Source: an uncultured Syntrophales bacterium (GTDB lineage: Bacteria > Desulfobacterota > Syntrophia > Syntrophales > JADFWA01). From it: a DNA stretch of 56,097 bases. The notes beneath the pieces were generated by a model that saw only the letters and a program-made list of their open reading frames with translations, searched no databases and was not told where the DNA came from. The stretch spans positions 1 to 56,097 of the forward strand of contig CAZYTP010000006.1 in assembly GCA_964650385.1 (NCBI GenBank), given 5' to 3'. The translations under genes and the position numbers were made by a program. This document shows, one piece after another, positions 9,531 to 18,641 of the stretch (positions within the stretch are counted from its first letter, which is position 1; each line of letters begins with the position of its first letter).

Positions 9531-10345
9531 AGGAAGAACAGATTCAGCATATCATTACAGAGGTCATTCGCAGGTTAGCAGTTCGCCTGGGCGCTGACGG
9601 TAGCCGTGGTACTTTAATCGCGGTATTTACCGGAGCAACCGTTGCTTTTATAGAAGCTATCCAACAGGTTCGTTCCCTTATCCTGGATGGCTACCAGGTA
9701 CAATTGGTTTTTTCGCAGGCAGCCGAAAATCTTTATGGCCAGGTTGCGAGAGACCAGCTGGATGGATTCCCTTATATCACTATGGTGGAGACAAAAAGGT
9801 GGCTCACCGCACTAAGGGAGTCCAAGGCCGTTGTTGTCCCCCTTTTGAGTATGAATACGGTTTCAAAGGTGTCTATGCTCATTGCAGATAATTTACCAAC
9901 CAATCTTATCCTGCATAGTCTCTTTATGGGAAAAGCGGTCTTTGCCGCACGAAATGGTGCAGATCCCGATGGAGATCACTGGCAAAAAAAAAATGGTGCT
10001 CACACGCAAAGCCCGGCGATTCGGGAGGCTCTTTTGAAAAGATTGCAAGTGGTTGATAATTATGGTTGCCATCTGACCGACATCCGGGAGCTAAGAAGAG
10101 CAGTGAATGCTTTCCTGACAGATACGAATACAAAGGATTCAACCGTAGAACTGTCCGACAATGCCATTCGGGTAGCCCACTCAACGCTTAACCATTCGGG
10201 AAAAATACTGACGGCAGCTGATGTTCGTCACGCCCATCGCCTGGGGGCGGATCTGACCCTGTTTTCTTCAACTTTAATTACGCCATTGGCACGTGATCTG
10301 GCTATGCAATATGATGTGGTTCTTTTAAAAAAGAACGGAAAATGA
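9527..10345 (+). CDS. BMC-associated flavoprotein (HFCD/CoaC-like fold) with N-terminal encapsulation peptide
   Basis: VFTGA, LVFSQAA, PLLSMNTVSKVSMLIADNL, C-terminal LITPLARD; N-terminal EEQIQHIITEVIRRL; eutJ-flavoprotein-eutN synteny. Confidence 0.75.
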   Translation: MKEEQIQHIITEVIRRLAVRLGADGSRGTLIAVFTGATVAFIEAIQQVRSLILDGYQVQLVFSQAAENLYGQVARDQLDGFPYITMVETKRWLTALRESKAVVVPLLSMNTVSKVSMLIADNLPTNLILHSLFMGKAVFAARNGADPDGDHWQKKNGAHTQSPAIREALLKRLQVVDNYGCHLTDIRELRRAVNAFLTDTNTKDSTVELSDNAIRVAHSTLNHSGKILTAADVRHAHRLGADLTLFSSTLITPLARDLAMQYDVVLLKKNGK

Positions 10346-10370
10346 GGTCCAATAAAGAGGAGAATTTGTT

Positions 10371-10649
10371 ATGTTAGTTGCGCAAGTCATAGGGACTGTG
10401 GTTGCCACTCGCAAACATGAACATCTGGTAGGCAGTAAGATCCAGGTGGTTCAACCCCTTGAATGCCGTGGTAGAAAACCAAAAGGTGATCCTTTTGTGG
10501 CCGTGGATGCCGTTGGAGCAGGTGCAGGCGAACATGTTCTCGTGGTCAGGGGAAGTGGCGCCCGGCTGGCAGTCGATAATGATCAATGCCCGATAGATGC
10601 CACCATTATCGGCATCATCGATCAAATCGATATTGAAGAGGGAATCTAA
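10371..10649 (+). CDS. pduN: BMC-P pentameric vertex protein (PduN/EutN/CcmL)
   Basis: VIGTVVATRK, VAVDAVGAGAGEHVLVVRGSGAR, PIDATIIGIID. Confidence 0.93.
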   Translation: MLVAQVIGTVVATRKHEHLVGSKIQVVQPLECRGRKPKGDPFVAVDAVGAGAGEHVLVVRGSGARLAVDNDQCPIDATIIGIIDQIDIEEGI

Positions 10650-10695
10650 CTTTTTGGGCAAACGATTCGCTTAAGATCACAGGGCCGAGATCAAA

Positions 10696-11286
10696 ATGGA
10701 AAGTCCGTCTAAAAAAATTTATACCGGCATAGGCGATAAAGGTGAAACTCGTCTTTTGAGTGGAGAAATGGTCGGAAAGGATGATTCCCGTGTCAGAACC
10801 TATGGGGGTCTGGATGAGTTCCAGTCTCACCTCGGATTGGCCCGAAGCCTGATACGGGAGGAATCAGTGCGAAACGTACTCGTCACCATTCAAGAAGACA
10901 TTTTTGTGGCAAGCTCTGAGTTAGCCTCAACGCCCGATGCTCTGAATCGATTGAAGCGGCGCCTGGGCAATGAAGATATCAGCAGGTTGGAGAGGCGGAT
11001 TGATGAGTTTACTGCATTGTATGGCATACCCCGTCATTTCGTTATGCCGGGGAAATCTCCAGATAGTGCGGCCCTGCATGTTGCACGAGCGGTCTGCAGG
11101 CGCTGTGAGCGGTTGATTGTTATGTTAAATAAAACAACGGGTGGGCATGATGAATTAGCGGTTTATTTCAACCGGCTCAGTGACCTATTGTTTGTACTGG
11201 CATGGGCTCTGGAGATCAATTCTGTTGTAAAAGATGTTGTGAGCGATTTGATTGAGGGTGAAGCGAGAAAAGGAAATCACCCATGA
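10696..11286 (+). CDS. pduO: PduO-type ATP:cob(I)alamin adenosyltransferase (N-terminal domain only)
   Basis: KIYTGIGDKGET, YGGLDE, LHVARAVCRRCER, YFNRLSDLLFVLA. Confidence 0.9.
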   Translation: MESPSKKIYTGIGDKGETRLLSGEMVGKDDSRVRTYGGLDEFQSHLGLARSLIREESVRNVLVTIQEDIFVASSELASTPDALNRLKRRLGNEDISRLERRIDEFTALYGIPRHFVMPGKSPDSAALHVARAVCRRCERLIVMLNKTTGGHDELAVYFNRLSDLLFVLAWALEINSVVKDVVSDLIEGEARKGNHP

Positions 11287-11867
11287 AAATCACTTATCCA
11301 GTGGCGCGTATTTTGGGTACCATCGCTGAAAGTAAGGCATCAGATTTGGCTGTACCTATGGCTATCGCTTTAATGGACGGGGAAGGCGGACTATTATTCT
11401 TTGGTCGTATGGATGGCACCTTACCGGCCAGTACGGAGATTGCCATTTCCAAGGCATATACAGCTGCGGTATTACGCATGGCCACTCATGAGTTGGGAAA
11501 ACTCGCCCAACCTGGAGGCGAACTTTACGGGATTCAACACACCCATGACGGCAAGATCGTGCTGTTTGGAGGAGGTCTTCCTTTGCAGTTGAATGGACAA
11601 GTCGTGGGTGCCATTGGCATCAGTGGGGGTAGTGTAAATGAAGATGTTCAGGTAGCTGAGTACGTCGTCAATGCCTTGGAGGAAATGGAATACTGGGCAA
11701 AACGTATCAAGGTGTTTTTGCCATCACAGCCATTGGATAATATCCGGATTTCCCAACTGGAAAACAGATTAAAGGAGGTATTTGAACAAATGAATTGTGC
11801 TCTTCCTGCCGGTGCCCCCTCCTTTCTGGCCGGTGCGATACTCATGGCTTCAAGTGAGGAATATTGA
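11283..11867 (+). CDS. GlcG/HbpS-like heme-binding protein (PduO C-terminal domain-like) with C-terminal extension
   Basis: RMDGT, IAISKAYTA, QPGGELYGI, FGGGLPL, GAIGISGGSVNEDVQVA; ATGA overlap with pduO. Confidence 0.85.
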   Translation: MKITYPVARILGTIAESKASDLAVPMAIALMDGEGGLLFFGRMDGTLPASTEIAISKAYTAAVLRMATHELGKLAQPGGELYGIQHTHDGKIVLFGGGLPLQLNGQVVGAIGISGGSVNEDVQVAEYVVNALEEMEYWAKRIKVFLPSQPLDNIRISQLENRLKEVFEQMNCALPAGAPSFLAGAILMASSEEY

Positions 11868-12013
11868 CCCTGTTACATAATTCAGGCTAAGAACAAGAAA
11901 GCAATTTTATGCCGTGGGAGAGCTTTGAAAAAAGTTTATAATACATTGTTTTTTGATCAATCAAAGATGTCTTCGGCCTAGATAAGCAAAGTCGATAGGA
12001 AGGAGGAATATAT

Positions 12014-13450
12014 ATGGGAGTCAAACAACAAATAATCGAGGATGTGGTCAGAGTTGTGCTTGAGGATTTATCAAGGGGGGAAAAGCTCCATATTGCAGAT
12101 CCTGTATTATCCAATGATACAGTTGATAGACCTAAGGATTTTAAAGGAATCTATGAAACTGTGGACGAGGCGGTGGAAAACGCCGTGGAAGCGCAAAAAA
12201 AACTGATAGCAATGTCTCTTGAGCGCCGATGTGAAATCATTGAGTCTATTCGAAAGACCATCCTGGATAACAATGAAATGCTTTCCGCATTGGCTATACG
12301 GGAAACAAAGATCGGTCGTTATGAAGATAAGATCCGGGAAAATATTCTCTGTGCCACGAGGACTCCGGGTGTCGAAGACATCCAACCCATCGCAAAAACA
12401 GGCGATCATGGCCTAATGTTGCTTGAGTACGCACCTGTAGGTGTTATCGGTGCACTTACTCCCATTTCAAATCCGACTGGAACGTTTATCCACAACGGCA
12501 TCAGTATGATAGCGGCAGGTAATGCAGTGGTATTCAATCCACATCCCAGTGCCCGGGAAACCAGTACAAAGACGATAGAAATCATACATCAGGCTATTGT
12601 CGATGCCGGAGGACCGCCAAGTCTTATTTCGGCAGTCCGTGAGCCAACCTTAGATACAGCGAGACAGGTTATCGATCATCCGAAGATTGACATGCTGGTG
12701 GCAACAGGTGGCCGTCCCGTAGTGAAAGTAGTCCTTTCTTCCGGCAAAAAGGCTATTGGAGCCGGGGCCGGAAATCCACCGGTACTGGTTGATGAAACGG
12801 CACACATCAGGAAGGCTGCCGAATGCATAATCAATGGAGCAAGTATAAATAATAATATCTTTTGTACCTGTGAAAAAGAAGTTATCGTCGTAGATGAAGT
12901 AGCCAACTCATTAATCAAGTTTATGCAGGAAACTAAAAAAGCCTACCTGCTCAATCGTGAAGAAGCTGAAAATGTCACCAATCTAGTTGTTTCTCCGGAA
13001 GGAAAGATCAATGGCTCATATATTGGTAAAAACGTGCAGGAGATTTTGCAGGCGGTCGGCATCGATGTAGGTGAAGAATATAGACTGGCCATTTTTGAGG
13101 CACCGAAAGACCATCCGCTTGTTTGGTTAGAACAAATGATGCCAATCATGCCTATTGTCCGTGTCAAGGACTTTCGGGAAGGAATGAATTTTGCGGTCGA
13201 GGTCGAGCAGGGCAACAGGCATACTGCTTTAATGCATTCTACTAACGTCGATAATATGACCGCATTCGCCCGGGCGGTGCAAACCACTATATTTGTCAAG
13301 AATGGTCCTTCCTATTCGGGCATTGGCCTCGGTGGTGAAGGCCATACATCCTTTACCATTGCTGGCCCAACAGGAGAAGGGTTAACATCAGCCAAGTCAT
13401 TCACCCGGCAGCGGCGCTGCACGCTGGTAGAATCTTTCCGGATTATATAG
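12014..13450 (+). CDS. pduP: CoA-acylating aldehyde dehydrogenase (PduP/EutE)
   Basis: TPGVED, PVGVIGALTPISNP, ATGG, GAGAGNPP, catalytic Cys in NNIFCTCEKE, EQMMP, GPTGEG; N-terminal encapsulation helix. Confidence 0.93.
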   Translation: MGVKQQIIEDVVRVVLEDLSRGEKLHIADPVLSNDTVDRPKDFKGIYETVDEAVENAVEAQKKLIAMSLERRCEIIESIRKTILDNNEMLSALAIRETKIGRYEDKIRENILCATRTPGVEDIQPIAKTGDHGLMLLEYAPVGVIGALTPISNPTGTFIHNGISMIAAGNAVVFNPHPSARETSTKTIEIIHQAIVDAGGPPSLISAVREPTLDTARQVIDHPKIDMLVATGGRPVVKVVLSSGKKAIGAGAGNPPVLVDETAHIRKAAECIINGASINNNIFCTCEKEVIVVDEVANSLIKFMQETKKAYLLNREEAENVTNLVVSPEGKINGSYIGKNVQEILQAVGIDVGEEYRLAIFEAPKDHPLVWLEQMMPIMPIVRVKDFREGMNFAVEVEQGNRHTALMHSTNVDNMTAFARAVQTTIFVKNGPSYSGIGLGGEGHTSFTIAGPTGEGLTSAKSFTRQRRCTLVESFRII

Positions 13451-13578
13451 ATGTTGGCAATTTTCTAAATTTTATAACAGCTAAAAAGTAAGGCTAAGGA
13501 AATAAGGAACTTTCTATAAAAAGAATTTAATGTAACCTAAATCAAGTAGTTGCAGAATGTAAAAAAAGGAGAGCAAAA

Positions 13579-13986
13579 ATGAGTAGTCATCTTGATTTAG
13601 CATTAGAGATAATTGCAGCTGCCCGGGAAAAAGCTGAGGAAATCAATGTTCCCATGGTCATTGCCGTAGTGGATGCCGGCGGAAACCTGGTGGCCCAGCA
13701 GCGTATGGATGGTGCCCTGTTGGTCAGTATCGATATCTCACTTAACAAGGCTTACACGGCGGTAGCTGTTCAAATACCTACCCATGAATTGGCAATTGTT
13801 TCTCAACCCGGCCAGCCTCTTTTTGGCATACACAATGCGGATGGGGGCCGTATAACAATTTTTGGAGGCGGGTTTCCTTTGGAACACAATGGTGAAATCG
13901 TTGGAGCCATTGGTGTCAGTGGTGGAAGCGTCGAAGAAGATATTCAGTGTGCAAAATCCGGTCTTGAACGATTTAAAGATTTGTAA
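13579..13986 (+). CDS. Second GlcG/HbpS-like heme-binding protein (OrfY-like)
   Basis: PMVIAVVDAGGNL, RMDGALLVSIDISLNKAYTA, FGGGFPL, GAIGVSGGSVEEDI. Confidence 0.88.
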   Translation: MSSHLDLALEIIAAAREKAEEINVPMVIAVVDAGGNLVAQQRMDGALLVSIDISLNKAYTAVAVQIPTHELAIVSQPGQPLFGIHNADGGRITIFGGGFPLEHNGEIVGAIGVSGGSVEEDIQCAKSGLERFKDL

Positions 13987-13998
13987 TAGGACTGATCC

Positions 13999-14295
13999 AT
14001 GAAAATCGAACTGATAAAAGCTCCGACTGAAGCCTTTTTGGAGATGGTACTGATTAACGTTCGCTTTCCGGATAGGGAACGGTTGGAGAACATTCACTGG
14101 GGAGCAGTCGGTCTTGTTCAGGCAAAGCTTATCAACTTGTACTGGGCTGCTGATTTAGCCGAAAAGGCAAGCAAGGTCAAGACTGCACTTGTTTTTGGCA
14201 GCTGTCCCCAGCATATCCAGATGCTTGCCATTTTTGGAAAGCAAGCAGAGGTAGAGGCTGCCCTGGATAAGATTCAAGCAGCTTATCGTAAATGA
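13999..14295 (+). CDS. GrpU-like BMC-H shell protein with Fe-S ligand motif
   Basis: IKAPT, GAVGLVQ, AADLAEKA, GSCPQH (GXCPQ motif), AIFG..AEVEAAL. Confidence 0.8.
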   Translation: MKIELIKAPTEAFLEMVLINVRFPDRERLENIHWGAVGLVQAKLINLYWAADLAEKASKVKTALVFGSCPQHIQMLAIFGKQAEVEAALDKIQAAYRK

Positions 14296-14333
14296 TACGA
14301 ATTCGCGATACATGGCTATAGGATAAACGCTTC

Positions 14334-15650
14334 ATGAATCTGGCCGAAAAAATATACGATGCCGGTGTGGTTGGGGCTGGCGGAGCCGGGTTTCCGACCC
14401 ATATTAAGGCGAAATCGCAAGTTGAATACTTTTTAGCCAATGGCGCCGAATGCGAGCCCCTAGTGCATAAAGACTATGAACTGATGGTCGGACATGCGGC
14501 AGAGATTGTTCGCGGCGTGGAATTGTTGATGGCAGCGACTAAAGCTAAACACGGTTATTTTTGCATCAAATCCAAAAATGAAGGAGCGATTGAAGCCATT
14601 GAAAAATGTATTGTCGGGGACAATCAGAAAATATTCGGGTTAGGTGATTTTTACCCGTCCGGCGATGAATTCGAGGTGGTGCATTCGGTAACAGGGAGGT
14701 TGCTTCCGGCTGGCGGCATTCCGATCGATATCGGCTGCTTAGTGTCAAATGTGGAGACCTGCTATAATATTGCCCGGGCCGAAAATGATAAACCGGTCAC
14801 TGAAAAGTTTGTCAGTATCAACGGAGCAGTCAATAACCCCTGCGCTTTTTTTGCGCCGATCGGGATTACTTTAGACGGGCTTATCGAACATGCCGGCGGA
14901 ACGACCGTCGACGATTATTCCATCATCATCAGCGGTCTGATGATGGGCGCGCTAGCTTTGGATGGCAACGATGTGGTCACAAAGACTACTGCCGGGGTGA
15001 TCATTCTACCAAAAAATCATTATCTCATTGGTATGAAGGAAAAATCCGAGCATCAACGGCTTAAGATCGGCAGATCGGCCTGTGATCAGTGCCGTTATTG
15101 CACTGAGCTTTGTCCTCGATATTTGTTGGGCTACGATGTCCAGCCGCACCAGGTCATGCGTTCACTCGGCTTTACCAAAACCGGGGCCAGCGTCTGGAAT
15201 CAATCGGCGGCGTTATGCAGCGGCTGCGGGTTGTGCACTCTTTATGCCTGCCCGGAGAATTTATTCCCAAAAGAGGTTTGCGACCGGGCCAAAATCGATA
15301 TGCAAAAAGAAAAGATTCGTTATGTCCAGACCAAACCGGTCAAAAAACATCCGCTTAAAGAGGCACGACGCGTCCCGCTGCAGCAACTGATCAAACGGTT
15401 ACATTTAAAACAATTTGATGTCCCGACACCCTATATCTCCGAAAAACCGCATCCTCGACTGGTCAAGGTTTTATTAAAGCAGCATATTGGCGAACCGGCC
15501 AGGCCTATTGTGGAAGAGGGTCTGCCTGTTAGCGCGGGACAGGTGATCGGCAAGCCGGCAGCGGGTAAGTTAGGGGCAAAAATCCATGCCTCAATTTCGG
15601 GTGTGGTATCTAAAATTACTGCCGATTATATCCAAATCGAAAAAAGGTAG
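14334..15650 (+). CDS. pduS: PduS cobalamin reductase (RnfC-like FMN/[4Fe-4S] protein)
   Basis: GVVGAGGAGFPTHIK, NGAECEP, YPSGDE, CDQCRYCTELCP, CSGCGLCTLYACP, QHIG, IHASISG. Confidence 0.92.
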   Translation: MNLAEKIYDAGVVGAGGAGFPTHIKAKSQVEYFLANGAECEPLVHKDYELMVGHAAEIVRGVELLMAATKAKHGYFCIKSKNEGAIEAIEKCIVGDNQKIFGLGDFYPSGDEFEVVHSVTGRLLPAGGIPIDIGCLVSNVETCYNIARAENDKPVTEKFVSINGAVNNPCAFFAPIGITLDGLIEHAGGTTVDDYSIIISGLMMGALALDGNDVVTKTTAGVIILPKNHYLIGMKEKSEHQRLKIGRSACDQCRYCTELCPRYLLGYDVQPHQVMRSLGFTKTGASVWNQSAALCSGCGLCTLYACPENLFPKEVCDRAKIDMQKEKIRYVQTKPVKKHPLKEARRVPLQQLIKRLHLKQFDVPTPYISEKPHPRLVKVLLKQHIGEPARPIVEEGLPVSAGQVIGKPAAGKLGAKIHASISGVVSKITADYIQIEKR

Positions 15651-15664
15651 GGGCGGGAGACAAG

Positions 15665-16219
15665 ATGGAAAAAAGGGTAGCTATCGGTTTGTTAGAATTG
15701 AGCAGCGTTGCCTCCGGGATACAGGCGACGGATATTATGCTCAAAGCCGCCGGGGTCGAGTTGATGTTGGCAAGAACGATCTGTTCCGGTAAATACATGG
15801 TCTTAGTCACCGGGGAGGTTGGTGCTGTCAAGTCATCGGTTCAGGCTGCGGAAAGCGAAATCAATCACTCGCTGATTGATTCTTTTATCATCCCCAACGT
15901 TCATCCGTTAGTTTTCAAGGCTATGGCGGGTCATAGTCAGGTGGAGACAATGGATGCGCTGGGTATCGTCGAATCATTTTCAGTGGCTTCGTTAATCGAG
16001 GGGGCTGATGCGGCCGTCAAAATGGCCAACGTTCAGCTTATGGAAATCAGGCTGGCCATGGCTTTAGGCGGCAAGGCATTCTTCACCGTCACCGGTGATG
16101 TGGCAGCAGTGCGCAGCGCTGTGGATGCTGCTGTTCGAATAATCTCTAACAAAGGATTGCTGGTCAACGATGTCGTCATCCCCAAACCCAGACCGGAGTT
16201 GATGTCGGAGATGGTTTAG
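15665..16219 (+). CDS. pduT: BMC-T shell protein PduT with pore Cys
   Basis: AIGLLELSSVASG, MLKAA, RTICSGKY (Fe-S Cys), IPNVHP, ALGIVE, IRLAMALGGK. Confidence 0.92.
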   Translation: MEKRVAIGLLELSSVASGIQATDIMLKAAGVELMLARTICSGKYMVLVTGEVGAVKSSVQAAESEINHSLIDSFIIPNVHPLVFKAMAGHSQVETMDALGIVESFSVASLIEGADAAVKMANVQLMEIRLAMALGGKAFFTVTGDVAAVRSAVDAAVRIISNKGLLVNDVVIPKPRPELMSEMV

Positions 16220-16268
16220 TGACTAATGCTTCCGCCGCAGCCTGTTGCCACGAGCTTTAGTGGTGTGT

Positions 16269-16321
16269 AAAAAACCTGGTTCGCCCTCAAAACCCAGCAT
16301 TTTTCAGTTTTTCAAAGGTCT
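16269..16321 (-). mobile_element. Partial MITE (family A, left end)
   Basis: Reverse complement agacctttgaaaaactgaaaaatgctgggttttgagggcgaaccagg matches the ends at 21895 and 42329. Confidence 0.75.
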
Positions 16322-18627
16322 TTCCTTATTGTTATCGTTCCTTCAGGGGTATCCATAAGAATGATGCCCAACTCTTCCAATTCTTTTCTTATCCGGTCGG
16401 ATTCTTTCCAGTTCCCGGCCATCCTAAACTCTTCCCTTTTTTTCAAAAGCCTTTTGACATCATCACTTACTGTTTCTTCATCAAATTCCATGATTCCCAA
16501 TACTGAATCTATTCCTTGCATTACCTGAAGGATTTTATCCTGCCCTTTTTTGTCCAGTTGACCTCTGGCCAGTGGGAGATTGACCTTCTTGACAAATTCA
16601 AAAATGGAGGCAAGGGCACCGGAGATATTAAAATCATCATCCATCGCCTCGGTAAATCCCTGCTTCACATCATAGATAAACTGATCAACATCCTGATAGC
16701 CTTCTCCGGGTGTAAAGCAAATGAGTCTCTGGATAAAATTATTTAGGTTCTTAACAGTATTTCTTGCCGTATCAAGTGCTCCAAAGAAAAAATTGAGCGG
16801 CTTTCTGTAATGGGAACTGAGCAGAAAATATCTGACATCTTCTCCCTTATATCCTTTTTTCTTTATGTCTTCCATGGCAAAAAAATTATTGAGAGAGCGG
16901 GACATCTTTTTCCCTTCCATCATTACAAGATCGGTGTTGACCCAGTAATTTGCCGGACGTTTTCCTGTGGCTGCTTTCCCTATAGCCATAACATTTTCAC
17001 AGTGGGGAAAGACAATATCGGAACCACTTGCGTGAATATCAAAGGTTTCTGCCATATGCTCCCGGGAAATTGCCGCGCACATAAGATGCCAGCTCGGCCT
17101 GACATTTCCCCACCGGGTTTTGAAATATACTCCCTTTTTTAACTCGGCAAGCGTCGATCTCTTGAGGAGGGCAAAATCTATGGGGCTGTCTTTCTCATAG
17201 TAGTCAATATCTACTGTTTTTCCATGCCTGACCTTTTCCAGGTCAATGTTGGACAGGCTACCGTAATCATCAAGTTTCGATATGTCGAAATAAACAGATT
17301 TCAGCTTCTCGTAGGCATATCCCCTTTCCACCAGTTTCTCAGCAAGATCAAGCATAATATTAACATTTTTACTTGCCCTCGGATAATCGTTCTTACTTTT
17401 AATATTAAGCCAGGCTATATCCTTGAGAAACATTGCGGCATATGACTCTGTAAATTCCCCCAGATCCATATTGAGCCGTTCAGCCCCCTTTATGGACCTG
17501 TCGGCTAAATCAATAATGTTCGTGACATGTTTGACCTTATAACCTTTGAATTCCAGGTACCTTCTGATGACATCTGAAACAACAAAGCGACGGTAACTTC
17601 CGATATGCGGCACTTCGTGAACAGTCGGACCGCAGGAATACATAAGGATTTCTTCGGAATTTATCGGCTGGAAAAATTCCTTCTCCCTGGTTAGCGTATT
17701 GTACAGACGGAGTGATGTTTTTTCTTTATCCGTAAAAAGTTCCGTAGAGAGATACCTCTCTCCACTATCGGGAAAAATCACCACGATAATTCCATCTTTC
17801 ATTTCCTTTGCCTTCTCCAGGGCCACATGCATCGCGGCTCCCGAACTCATTCCGGCGAGAATTCCCTCTTCCCGGGTAAGTCTTCTGGCCATCTCAAAGG
17901 CATCCTCGTCGAGAATGTTTACTTTTTCATGCAGGCGGTTTTTATCAAAAATCCCCGGCTGATAGGACTCTTTCATATTCTTAAGTCCCTGTATTTTATG
18001 CCGTAAATAAGGTTCTACCCCTATTATTTTTATATCCTTGTTATATTCCCTGAGTCTTCGTGCAATTCCCATGACGGTACCGGAGGTTCCTATTGCGGCA
18101 ACCACCATGGTTACTTGTCCTTCCGTCTGCCTCCATATTTCTTCTGCAGTACCGAAATAATGAGCCAGCACATTATCTTCGTTATTAAACTGATCCGTGC
18201 AAAAATATTTTTCCGGATTCTCACGCATCAATTTATAGGACTCCTCTATAGCGCCATCTGTACCAAGATTCGCTGGAGTGAGATGTAATTCTGCACCCAT
18301 CGCCTTTAATATTTTTTTTCTCTCCTCGCTGGCAGATTCCGGCATCGTCAGAAATAGCCCATATCCCTTGGTTGCAGCTACAAGGGCAAGACCGATGCCG
18401 GTATTTCCACTGGTAGCCTCCAAAATTACCTTGTTTTTGGTCAGCTCTCCTCTCTCTTCAGCCTTCTCAATCATGTAAAGGGCAGTTCTGTCCTTTATCG
18501 ATCCCCCCGGATTAGAGCTTTCCATTTTTGCAAAAATTTTTACATTTTTGTTGGGATTCAATTTTCGGATTTCCACAAGAGGAGTATCCCCTATCATATC
18601 CAAGATATTTCTATAGTTATCTCGCAT
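16312..18627 (-). CDS. cysS: Fusion of PLP-dependent cysteine synthase (CysM/CysK-like, ~aa 1-300) and cysteinyl-tRNA synthetase (~aa 305-771)
   Basis: N-terminal IGDTPLV, NPGGSIKDR, EATSGNTG, GTSGT, FPDSGERYLS. C-terminal LYNTLTR, CGPTV, HIGS, RPSWHLMC, FPHCEN, KMSRS, HYRKP, DDDFN. Confidence 0.9.
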   Translation of the reverse strand: MRDNYRNILDMIGDTPLVEIRKLNPNKNVKIFAKMESSNPGGSIKDRTALYMIEKAEERGELTKNKVILEATSGNTGIGLALVAATKGYGLFLTMPESASEERKKILKAMGAELHLTPANLGTDGAIEESYKLMRENPEKYFCTDQFNNEDNVLAHYFGTAEEIWRQTEGQVTMVVAAIGTSGTVMGIARRLREYNKDIKIIGVEPYLRHKIQGLKNMKESYQPGIFDKNRLHEKVNILDEDAFEMARRLTREEGILAGMSSGAAMHVALEKAKEMKDGIIVVIFPDSGERYLSTELFTDKEKTSLRLYNTLTREKEFFQPINSEEILMYSCGPTVHEVPHIGSYRRFVVSDVIRRYLEFKGYKVKHVTNIIDLADRSIKGAERLNMDLGEFTESYAAMFLKDIAWLNIKSKNDYPRASKNVNIMLDLAEKLVERGYAYEKLKSVYFDISKLDDYGSLSNIDLEKVRHGKTVDIDYYEKDSPIDFALLKRSTLAELKKGVYFKTRWGNVRPSWHLMCAAISREHMAETFDIHASGSDIVFPHCENVMAIGKAATGKRPANYWVNTDLVMMEGKKMSRSLNNFFAMEDIKKKGYKGEDVRYFLLSSHYRKPLNFFFGALDTARNTVKNLNNFIQRLICFTPGEGYQDVDQFIYDVKQGFTEAMDDDFNISGALASIFEFVKKVNLPLARGQLDKKGQDKILQVMQGIDSVLGIMEFDEETVSDDVKRLLKKREEFRMAGNWKESDRIRKELEELGIILMDTPEGTITIRKDL

Positions 18628-18641
18628 TAAGTTTCACCTAC

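Noticed and set aside
11917-11990. Possible fourth family-A MITE end (gagagctttgaaaaa) between the heme protein and pduP
   Set aside because: Only about 14 nt of an A-rich match and no clear partner end.
10696-14334. Selenocysteine read-through at TGA stops of BMC genes
   Set aside because: Domains are complete before the TGA, downstream genes are in other frames, and no SECIS-like hairpin is evident.
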